A stretch of 64,000 bases of DNA. Origin: the human T2T-CHM13v2.0 reference genome, Homo sapiens. Made by a program: the position numbers and the translations under genes. The notes below the pieces were generated by a model. It was given only the letters and a program-made list of their open reading frames with translations, searched no databases and was not told the DNA's origin. Positions 1 through 11,169 of this stretch are shown here, in pieces. The stretch lies in NCBI RefSeq assembly GCF_009914755.1, contig NC_060939.1. The stretch is one strand, 5' to 3'. Every line of letters begins with the position of its first letter. Position 1 is the stretch's first letter.

Positions 1-168
1 CTTTAGCTCGGAGAAGTTTGATCGTCTGAAGCCTTCTTCTCTCAAATCGTCAAAGTCATTCTCTGTCCAGCTTTGTTCCATTGCTGGCGAGGAGCTGCGT
101 TCCTTTGGAGGGGGAGAGGCACTCTGATTTTTAGAATTTTCAGCTTTCCTGCTCTGTTTTTTCCCCAT
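1..168 (-). CDS. L1 ORF1p N-terminus (partial; 56 codons open to the window edge)
   Basis: Manual translation from the ATG at 168: MGKKQSRKAENSKNQSASPPPKERSSSPAMEQSWTENDFDDLREEGFRRSNFSELK, the recognisable ORF1p start. Whether the ORF is intact beyond the window is unknown. Confidence 0.85.
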   Translation of the reverse strand, partial: MGKKQSRKAENSKNQSASPPPKERSSSPAMEQSWTENDFDDLREEGFRRSNFSELK

Positions 169-743
169 CTTTGTGGTTTTAACTACCTTTGGTCTTTGAT
201 GATGGTGACGTACAGATGGGGTTTTGGTGTGGATATCCTTTCTGTTTGTTAGTTTTCCTTCTAACAGTCAGGACCCTCAGCTGCAGGTCTGTTGCGGTTT
301 GCTGGACGTCCACTCCAGACCCTGTTTGCCTGGGTATCAGCAGCAGGGGCTGCAGAGCAGCGAATATTGCTGAACAGCAAATGTTGCTGCCTGATCGTTC
401 CTCTGGAAGCTTTGTCTCAGAGGGGTACCCAGCCATGTGACGTGTCAGTCTGCCCCTACTGGGGGGTGCCTCCCAGTTAGGCTACTCAGGGGTCAAGGAC
501 CCACTTGAGGAGGAAGTCTGTCCGTTCTCTGATCTCAAACTCCATGCTAGGAGAACCACTACTGTCTTCAATGCTGTCAGACAGGGACATTTAATTCTGC
601 AGAGATTTCTGCTGCCTTTTGTTTGGCTATGCCCTGCCTCCAGAGGTGGAGTCTACAGAGGCAGGCAGGCCTCCTTGAGCTGCCTTGGGCTCCACCCAGT
701 TTGAGCTTCCTGGCAGCTTTGTTTACCTACTCAAGCCTCAGCA

Positions 744-920
744 ATGGTGGGTGCCCCTCCCCCAGCCTCGGTGCTGCCTTGCAGTTCGATCTCAGACTGC
801 TGTGCTAGCAATGAGCGAGGCTCCATGGGCGTGGGACCCTCTGAGCCAGGCGCGGGATATTATCTCCTAGCGTGCCATTTGCTAAGACATTGGAAAAGTG
901 CAGTATTAGTGTGGGAGTGA
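744..920 (+). pseudogene. L1 ORF0 homologue (antisense ORF in the 5'UTR), 58 codons, apparently frameshifted near its end
   Basis: Translates to MVGAPPPASVLPCSSISDCCASNERGSMGVGPSEPGAGYYLLACHLLRHWKSAVLVWE*. The first ~48 aa resemble the L1 ORF0 N-terminus (MAGAPPPASLPPCSLISDCCASN...). Confidence 0.7.
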
Positions 921-1174
921 CCCGATTTTCCAGGTGCCATCTGTCACAGCTTCCCTTGCCTAGGAAAGGAAATTCCCTGAGCCCTTGCACTTCCCAGGTG
1001 AGGTGATGCCTCGCCCTGCTTTGGCTCACGCTCGTTGGGCTGCACCCACTGTCCTGCACCCACTGTCCTACAAGCCCCAGTGAGATGAACCCGGTACCTC
1101 AGTTGGAAATGCATAAATCACCCGTCTTCTGCATCAGTCACACTGGGAGCTGTAGACTGGAGCTGTTCCTGTTT

Positions 1175-1184
1175 GGCCATCTTG
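1175..1184 (-). promoter_or_regulatory. YY1 site of the L1 internal promoter
   Basis: CAAGATGGCC on the minus strand at the canonical position near the L1 5' end. Confidence 0.8.
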
Positions 1185-1769
1185 GAACCCCAATTTTTCT
1201 TGAGTATGCACATTTTTCTAGGGAGAAAGTGCTCTGCTTTTAGAACCAATTAGGTAGTTTTCAAGGGACTTTGGCTGTTCTATCCACTATTTCCCCCTCT
1301 CCTTTTCATTTTATTCTGGCTGGTCTTTATTTCACCTTTCCAGAGTATACAAAGAGGGCTGAGAGTAATGTAATACATTAAGTGGCAGCTCTCCATCAGC
1401 AGGGTGAATAAGGAGCAGAGTAGATCTTCAGTGAAACAGCCAATTTTTTTTATAGCAGGGAACCTCCTAGGTTGCTTCCTTTTCTCATTTCACTTCCTCT
1501 TGACTTCTCTCCTTGTCTCATCAGAGAACCATGGCTCTCACACAGTTCTTTGGACTTGTGCAGCCCAGATGGGACACTTCTCCTCCCTAAAAGTGTCCTG
1601 AGCTGCAGAATTGCCTCTGTATCAGGATACAGACACACACACACACAGATTCTTTCTCTCCAACACACAAGTATATGTATATATCACACATATATACACA
1701 AACATGTATCCATATCAATGGTTTTTAATAATAGATGTATACAGGAAAGCAGAGTTTATTGTTTAATAT

Positions 1770-1985
1770 GGGCTCCTGTGTCAGATGTAGAGTTCCAGGG
1801 AGAGCTCTACATTTCACAGTTGTGACCTTGAGACAGTTCCTGACTTTTATGAGCTTTAGTGGTAGACATGGTGCTCCTCATAGTTCCTACTTCATGGAGA
1901 TGCTATAAAGACTGAATGAGCTACTGCCTACAAAACATTTATCACCATTTTCATAGTAAAAACTCAATACATGTTTACTGTTTGT
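1770..1985 (+). mobile_element. MIR SINE fragment
   Basis: Contains tgtgaccttg...cctacttcatggagatgctataaagactgaatgag...actcaatacatgtt, resembling the MIR core and 3' end. Confidence 0.6.
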
Positions 1986-3542
1986 ATTTTTATTGATTAA
2001 CAGGATCATTAATGGTGGTTTTCTTTTTCTATTTTAGATAAAGACACTTAGGCTCCAACTCTTAACCATAATCATTTTATTCCAACCTTCCTAATTAGAA
2101 ACTTTGGGGTCTAAGATTAAGACTCTAAGCTTTTATGAAGTGTAATATACAGCCAGGGTTGAGAACCACAGATTTTGGCTTTCATAGACACTAATATCCA
2201 TATACCTGTATTTATAGGCTTAGCTACATCAAAGTAATGTCTATATGTATCATTTAGACATTTCTTTTATTATCCACTCATTTATTCTATCTGTCAAAAT
2301 TCCTGTGCTGCCTAATCTATGTTTTAGTTAATTTGTATGTGAAGTCCCAGAGAAGGGAAGGGGAAGAAGACAATTTGTGAGCCTTCTTCTAGGAGAAGAG
2401 AAAGAAAGGCATGAGGAGTTGAGGCAGGGAAGGAAACAGATTTAAATTTCTCCAAGATTGCTGAATTTAAAAGGCTATTCTAATTATGAGCACAACTCAA
2501 AAATATTTTAGATCACTATTCTCAGAATCATTTTTACAGATAACCTTTAGAGGAATATAATTTTGATCTTTTTTTTGATCTTTGAATGGGGGAGGAGGTG
2601 TCTTTCTTTCATTAATGTAATCTGAGGAGAGATTGAGGACCACCTCAAACCTTAGTGTGCATGAGAATCACTTGTGGAGTTTAGAAATTGCAAATGTTTA
2701 AATTGCAAGAAAGTCTGAACTCTGTGTCCAGAGGTATCTTGATCTGGGGCATGGTCCAGGAATCTACCTTTTTTTCAAGTGTCCCCGGACATTCAGAGCC
2801 CAGCTGCCCAGAGACCAGTTACTGAGAGACTGAGGCAGGATAGTCAGACCAGATGTAAAAGGTGAGATGGTTTTGAGACAAGTTTTTGTTTTTCTTCTCT
2901 TGCTTCTGATCTTCTTTGGGATAGAAAATTCCCCATGGCTTTTGTCATGAAGTCTCAAATTCTCCTTATGCTCCCACTTTTACTTTTTTTTTCTTCATCC
3001 ATGCTTTTAGGTAATTAGCTTAATTCTACTACAAGAAACTGTCTAATATCCCATTGAGAGTTTAAAGATGTCTTTGTTTCTTTGTTTTCTCTAGCTCCTG
3101 GGACACTCCCAGGTCAGGGTATTTTAAATCAGTATCTTTGAACAGTCTTCGTATGTGGACTTTCAAGAGTTTAAGAACAGATATATATAAAATTATTTGT
3201 TGGCTCTGTGTAAGTTTTCTGGGGAGAATACCTGTATTTCTAAAGGTATTCTTAAAAGGATGAGCAATGCCCCCAAGAAGATTAAGAGATCATGCCTTAA
3301 CTTATTGATTCCAGGATCTCTAGAGGGCCCTTCACAGTCTCCTAGTTTTTGCTCTTAAATCAGCTCAGAAGTGCTTGGCTTGACTTTGTGAAAATCAAAT
3401 GGAGGCTGTAAATCCCTGACTATTTCTGCCTACTTATCAATTAGCACAAGAAGAATGAAGCATCTCATTAAATGTGTATTGGATTAAGCAGTCTAAATCT
3501 TCTGTGACTGCATGGGATGCTAATCTTCTTAGGATGCTCTGT

Positions 3543-3691
3543 CTCACAAGTGGTGGTATAGACCCTGGAGCAGAGCATCAGCAGCATCTGGGATTTGTTA
3601 GAAATGCAGACTCCCAGGCCCCACCTACTGAATCTGCATTTTAACCAGATCTCCAGGTGATCCATTTTTCCCATAAATTTGAGAAACATGG
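3543..3691. mobile_element. MER5-family hAT-Charlie MITE
   Basis: Contains gcatcagcagcatctgggatttgttagaaatgcagactcccaggccccacctactgaatctgcattttaac. Confidence 0.75.
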
Positions 3692-4068
3692 ATTTTGAAC
3701 ACCCTTGGTCAAAGAGGTGAGGTAGATTGGAAAGAGTGAAGGGTCAAGCATAGGAAGTTGGGGAGCTCCAACTTTTCTGTTAAGGCAAGGACATTGTTCC
3801 CAGAAATTTTTTTAATGACAATGAGATGCTGTATGTATGATAAATATGATTTAAAAGTTGAAAATAAATAATTCCTAGTATGAGATACTTTGTTGATCTA
3901 TGCCAACATTTTAATGTTACATAAACTGTTTTTTTTTTTCACTCCCATATTCTCTAATACCTTTCCCTTCTCAAAGTCTTGGAAAAGAGGACAATTTTCC
4001 AAATGCCTGTTTTGCCATTGGAATGCCATTTTATTTCTTTGAAAATACAAATATGAAATCCAGATGCT

Positions 4069-4347
4069 GCTGGGCGCAATGGCTCATGCCTGTTATCCCA
4101 ACAATTTGGGAGGCTGAGGTGGGAGAATAGCCTGAGTCCAGAAGTTTGAGACCAGCCTGGGCAATATAGGCAGACCCATCTCTACAAAATAATTAAAATC
4201 AGCCGACCATGGTGGCACGTGCTTGTGGTTCCAGCTACTTGGTAGGCTGAGGTTACGGTGAACTGAGATCATGTCACTGCACTCCCAGGCAACAGAGCAA
4301 GACCTGTCTCAAAGAAAAAGAAAACAAGGAAAAAAAAAAAAAAGAGA
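4069..4347 (+). mobile_element. AluJ-type SINE with internal deletions in the right arm
   Basis: Alu arms and A-tail. 14-bp TSD GAAATCC(A/G)GATGCT at 4055-4068 and 4348-4361. Confidence 0.9.
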
Positions 4348-5140
4348 GAAATCCGGATGCTAATCTATCATTTTAGTAGAAATACTATTTGGGCCATTTA
4401 TGTTGACACTCTGTCATTCCTTATTAACTGCAATTCAAGTGATGCCTTGCTGTTGTCTCTTTTGTTTTGTTTTTAGAAAAACTTCTTCGGATATGATCTC
4501 AAAGCACACTATGAGCAGTTTATTAACTCACTGCAGTCTTAATTATGTAGTAAAATATTGTCCTCATTCTGTTACCCTCAGTTCTATAATGTCTGTCAGC
4601 ATCATGATAGAATATTAAAAGGAATTAAATAAAAGTCAAGAGGCAGAGATGCTAATAAGGTTGCCAGCAGGGATCTTTCCTGGGATTAGAAAAGCCCTGG
4701 GAACCATGAAATTTAAACGCCCATCGTAGAAAATTGTTCCTTCTATGAAAAATAAGGAGGAGATCTGGCACTTGGGATAATCCTATGAGCCTCAAAAGAC
4801 CTATGATCTTTTAAAAATAATTTGACTTCAAATGACAAAGAAGAAGAAAAGATGGTTTATCTCTGTAAATCTTACTCTCCCATGTGACTGTTGTAAATGC
4901 ATAAGCCAGATACTCTTAAGGAACAGACAAACAAAATCAAAGAAAGCATTGACTTAATCCAGAGTTTTATTTATCTTGTCGTGTAGGGAAAAAGGATTGA
5001 CTCAACCTGGGATGCTTGGAGTAGCATTTCCATACAAATGTTCTGAGAAGGGCAGAGTCCAGGATATGAAGAGTTGTCATGGGGTATTCTCTCTGCATAA
5101 AATGGGGTGCACCCCAAACCATAATATCCCCTTTGACTAT

Positions 5141-7792
5141 TGATACCAGTGGGCTGGGGGAGGTCCCCAAACACTGGTAGGACCTTGAACCCAGCTATTG
5201 TCCAGGCTCTTGACACCATCGTGAGAAGGAATTCAAGGATGAGTCAGAAAATAGGGGAAGTACAGAGATTTATTGCAAAGTGAAAGGTACACCCTCAAGA
5301 AAGGGGAGGACAGGCACACTCAAGAGAGAGTCATGTGCAAAGACATTTACAGCTGCTACCTTTATGGGTTTTTCTTTAATCAAGGGGTAGAATATTCATA
5401 AAGATTCCTGGAAAAAGTGGGAATTTCTCAGAATTATGATGCCACCCATTTTTACACCAAATATGGGTGTTCCCCGAACTGTCATGGTGTCCATGAGTGT
5501 TAATATGTTAATGAGCATATAATGACATTCTAGGAGAAACCTAGGTCAAATCCAGCACCATGTTGGATCTAGTCGGTCTTAGCGAGCTTGGTCCACAAAC
5601 TATTTTTCAGGGTCTTTTTCAGCCCCAGCTTGTGCAGCTATTTCAGGTTTCCTTTTGCTATTCATGTTTTTATGGGATCTTTGGGGTGTCGCTTTTCTGG
5701 CTGGAAACCTCTGTGGCTGGAGGCATCTTTGCCCAAGTTTTGCTTGGGCCCTCTGGGCTTGTTCCGCTCACTCGACCTGGCAGGCTGGACTTGGCTCATG
5801 CTACTGGCCTGGATCCCATGCCTGCCAAGGGAGAGTCAAGCATGGAGCAGTGAGGGGTGTGTGAGCAGCATGCGGGCTGGCCTGTGAGCAGTTTGTGGTC
5901 TGGCCGTTGCACAGTCAGACACGCTGGCTGATGCTATAGGGTGGGCAGCTCCAGGTGCTGGCATGGACACGGGCTCTTGGCCGAGCTGTGGCTGGACCGG
6001 CTACACCACAAGCAGCTTCCCTGGCTGGCACTGGGGAATATGGTGGCACCCTGAAGTTTGGAGATGCCAGGAACTGCTGGGGGCCCCAAAGATGGAGTCA
6101 CATCCCTGGCCCAGGGAGCTCCCAGGTCTGAGATCCCTGAAGGGCCACAGCTCTTCTCTTCTGCTCTTCACTCCCAACATGGCAAGCAAGGGGCATGTTT
6201 CAACCCTGTTTGTGTTACAGATCTTTCAGCCTCACCATTCAGCAGGTCCCGAGTTCTTGTTTTGCATCCAGGAAGAATGAGGTTCACAGACAAGTGGAGG
6301 ATGAGCAAGATGAAGAGGAGCGTTATTGAGCAATGGAATAGCTCAGAGGGCCCACAGTAGGCAGCTCCTCTCCATAGTCAGGGTGTCCCAACAAGTGTGC
6401 AGCTCTTAGTAGAGAGGGTACTTGCTCTCTGCAGCTGGTTGTCCCATTGTTTCTTCAGCTCACAGCAAAGAGGGTGGTTCCTCTCTGCTAGGCAGGTCAT
6501 CCTGATGAGTGTCCAGCTCTCAGCAGAGAAGGTAATTCTTCTCTGCAGCTGGTCATCCCTTCATCTCCCCCTTGTTTCCTATCCTCTCTGTCCTCTGCTC
6601 AAGTCAAGGGATGGGGTGTTTATTGGCCTCAGAGGGGAGGAAGCGGGTGCTGATTGATCCATGAGCAGCCATGGGTGGGCCCAGGCAAAAGCACCACAAG
6701 CTCCCCCTCTGGTCTGGGGGTCTCGTGGCCCAGCCCCCAGGCTTCAGGCCCTCCCTGGCTTAAAGGTGGGGCTTCACTAGGGACCTGCCTCCTTCGCCCA
6801 GGAAACTGCCTCCTGCCGCTGTTCTCCACACCCAGGCTGTTCATGCTAAGGGAAGCCTGAAGGCCAGCATCAGCTGTCCTCAGCACCCCCTTAGCCTCCC
6901 TCCCATGCTTGTTGGTGCACAAAGTCCTGAGGGGGCCAAGCCGGCAGGCGTCTGGCATGTCAGCTCTACCCCGACTGTGTGCATATCTGGCCAGGCTGTG
7001 ACATTGCCCAGGCTCAGCCCTGACTTTACTCTGAGATTGGAGTGGGCGTTGACAGCGGGGAGAAGGCAGGCAGTGGGAGCAGGCACTTCCGGGCCCGCAG
7101 GGGGAAGTGCCGGCTCCCTTCCTGGGCCCCCAAGAACAGAGATGCCCGGGTCCTGAGCCATGGCAGGGAGGCTGCAGCTGCACCTGTGGAGCTCCCGCTC
7201 TGCCAAATCAGAAGGGGCGAGGCTCTCACTTGTCCCTGGTTCCCGCTGGCTCCATGGAGTGTGCAGCCCAGACCACACCTCCTTGCAGTCTGGGGTGGGG
7301 GCTCCAGGTCCTCGCTGGGTCCCCCTCTGAGAGTTCCTCTGTACCATACCGTGCTGCTCTCCTGACGGCTGGCAGCTCAGCCCGGCCCCATCGTGGCAGT
7401 TGCCGGGGTGGCAGGCTCCAGGAGGCTCCCAGAGGCAGGCTCTGGAGACTGTCCGCCTCCTGCCTGCACCGTTCCCGCAGTGGTGGTTGGTGAGAGCAGC
7501 AACATGGGGACAGGGGCCAGAGCTGCGGAGGCTCTGGGCCTAGGAGTGGGTCCTGCCCAGTCACGCAATGTTGGGGGCGGTGCAGTCGGCTGCCTCAGGG
7601 TACAGGGCACAGGAGTCCGACCATCGCCACAGCTGCTCCCGCAGCTTCTCCAGCTGCCACCGCCTGCGCTTCGCTGCTTCAGCCAGCATGATGGCAGTGG
7701 CTGCTCTGGACGGCCCGCCCCTGCCATCAGTGTGGCACTGCTGCCTGGAATTTTCTATTCTCCTGTGACTGCCCTGTATTATTTCTGTCTCA
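5141..7792 (-). mobile_element. ERV1-class solo LTR (LTR36-like), split into 5141-5667 and 7730-7792 by MER52
   Basis: TG...CA termini (tgatacc at 5141, tgtctca at 7792), minus-strand AATAAA near 5270, and a 4-bp TSD CTAT/CTGT. The two halves rejoin across the insert. Confidence 0.7.
5668..7729 (-). mobile_element. MER52 (long MER52D/A-like) GC-rich ERV1 solo LTR
   Basis: Minus strand starts TGATGGCAGGGGCGGGCCGTCCAGAGCAGCCACTGCC. The other end reads ...atgggatctttggggtgtcgcttttctggctggaaacctctgtgg. Length ~2.06 kb, imperfect 4-bp TSD ATGT/GTGT. Confidence 0.8.
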
Positions 7793-9487
7793 CTGTAAGA
7801 GGCCAATGACGGTTCAAGTCTTCAACATTCTTCACCATTTCTGCAATCTAATAGAGCAGCCTTAAGAATCATCTCTATTTCTAACAGTAAGCAATAATTC
7901 TGTTTATATGCTTGTGTTCCCTAAATGTAAATGAGAACTTTTTAGAATACCTTGAATCCTGTTGTTGGAAGCCAATAATTAGAGGTTTTTATATAAATGT
8001 TTGTTTCATCAATTAGTCAACATATATTTACTAGTTATCTACTTTGTTTTAAGCTGAAGTTTGTGACTGGGTTTATGTATATACAACTAAAAGCACATAA
8101 CCAAGGGCAGATAATAGCCATTTCATCTACATTCTTCATTCATTCTTTCTTGCATTATCCATTCAAGAAACGTTTTTCTTTTTAAATCCTGCAATATGTT
8201 AAGTGCCAAGAATATGACAGGGAGTAGAACTGACAACTTCCATGTCTTCTACAGTTTATAGTCCAGCCACAAAGGCAGATAATTAAGTAAGCAATAACAG
8301 CAGAGTATGGAAAGAAGTGGGTGCCATAAGAGAACACAGAAGAAGGAGATGATGATTTAGGCTTCCGGAAATGTTGGTTGTGTATGTGTGTGTGTATGAA
8401 ACTGGAAAAGGTAACATCTGGTAAAATAGAAGATAATTCTTTGAAAGTAGGGCAGGGTCAGGAAGTCCTTGATTTTTCTTTCATCCTAGTTGTCTTTCAT
8501 CCTACTTCCTCCTCCTTTCGTATTCTAATCTCCCCATAGAACTGCATGCTAGGGTATGCATCCTGCTGGATCTGAGTCCACTGGAGTATGTAAGAACATG
8601 ATCCTCCTCCTTATTCCAACATGCCCTCTTTAGGAGCATGCTGAAATGTACTGCTGGTATTTCTATGAAGCTTATAATTAACTACACCTCCCCGAAGGCA
8701 GACAGAATCGGAAAGATACAAAATGTTTCAAACTCCTCAGACTGATAAAGAGTAGTAAAATTTAAATAGGGCCCATCTTAATTATTTTGTTCCAAATGAA
8801 ATTCTGGCTATCTACCCCCAAGTATTCCTGAAAACAACAAAAATCACAATAATAAAAATACTTTCCCTTTTCAAAATGATGTATAGTTTACAAAACATTT
8901 TCATAAACTTTATTTTCTCAGATAAGCCAGAAAACTACCAGCGACCAAACAAATAAACAAACAAACAAAAAAAAACCATAAAAGTGAGAGACAGGGCAAT
9001 GGAAAGGAATGCAGAGTGTTGCATTGCTGCAATGGTCAAAGCAGTCAAGGAGGTCCACTCAGCTATGTGAGCTATTGCTGGATAGGCTGTACATAGTTGA
9101 AAAGGAAGGCGAGAGCATTTATCTGCATGCTGTGCACCACCCTACCTTCCTGTTTCCTGTTAGTCCAAGTGTGTACCCAGAAGGTTAAACTGACATGTTC
9201 AGGTTGCACCATCTGGTCCCTTCTGCAGCCACTCATCCAAGTCCAGAAATGGTGGGAGAAGCCAGAAACTTGAGGTGGAAGGATGGTTGGCTTTGCTCTC
9301 TAGTAGCAGCAAAGAAGAAGGTCCTTTTAGGAATTTGACTGGTCAGTCCCAAGGGGTGCAACAAGGGCCCAACAAGAACTGGTGGCACCTAAGGCAAAGT
9401 TCACAACTGGGGATCCAGGAGCTGACATATCTGAAGGAATCTAAGGAGATACATAACATATGTTCTATACAATTCTTAAAAGTTTTA

Positions 9488-9797
<310 letters not shown>

Positions 9798-9827
9798 TAA
9801 TGTTTTTAATTATAAAAGTGATTACAT

Positions 9828-10446
<619 letters not shown>

Positions 10447-10519
10447 ATTTGAAAATAAAAGCTAAAGCACAAACTAGCCATATTCAAATTTTAAAATTCA
10501 TGAACTTAAAAAAAAATTA

Positions 10520-10815
10520 TTTTTAGAGACAAGATCTCTCTCTGTCACCCAGGCTGGAGTGTAGTAGTACAAATCATGGCTCACTGCAGTCTTGACTTCC
10601 TGGGCTCAAGTGATCCTCCTGCCTCAGCCTTCTAAGCGACTGGGCCTACAGGTACACACCACCACATCTGGCTTATTTATTGAAAAAAAAATTTCTATAG
10701 AGACAGGGTCTTGGTATGTTGCCTAGGCTGATCTCAAACTCTTCAGCTCAAGCAGTCCTCCCACCTTGGCCTCTCAAATTGCTTGGATTACGTCTTGAGC
10801 CACCATGATGGGCCT
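10520..10815 (-). mobile_element. AluJ SINE
   Basis: Antisense AluJ: ggctcactgcagtcttgacttcctgggctcaagtgatcctcc. Confidence 0.9.
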
Positions 10816-11169
10816 TCATGACCTTTGACTCTGAAATCTTCCAGAAATTTAATTCCAGAACTACACAAACATACATATACAAGAAAGTCATTGCTTGTTA
10901 GTGATAACAATGTGCAAACAAGCTTAACTCCCATAAGTAGAAAATTAGTGAAATAAACAATTGTCTGAACATTGGATGACTCAGAAGGAAGAAGATAATT
11001 AATATTTACATGGACTTTAGCATTTCTACATGCTAACTCCATCATTTATTGACTGCACTTTGGGTAAATTATTTATGCTTTTAAAATTTTTAGTGTAGTC
11101 ATCAGAAAGAAAAGGGGGCTAATGATTGTACCTCCTGCAGAGTACATGTATATAAAGCACTTAGAGTGT

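Larger units (their letters stand above)
1..1191 (-). mobile_element. LINE-1 (L1PA4-L1PA6 type): complete 5'UTR plus start of ORF1; element continues off the left edge
   Basis: Minus strand begins GGGGTTCCAAGATGGCCAAACAGGAACAGCTCCAGTCTACAGCTCCCAG (L1PA 5' end). The ~1.02 kb 5'UTR ends ...ACCACAAAG immediately before ATGGGGAAAAAACAG. Confidence 0.95.

Noticed and set aside
5560-7809. Dense overlapping ORFs of up to 184 aa on both strands
   Set aside because: All lie inside the GC-rich MER52 LTR, where stop codons are rare. No recognisable domain or exon structure.
8990-9400. Possible LTR33/ERVL-like relic
   Set aside because: The resemblance is too degenerate to set boundaries or family by eye.
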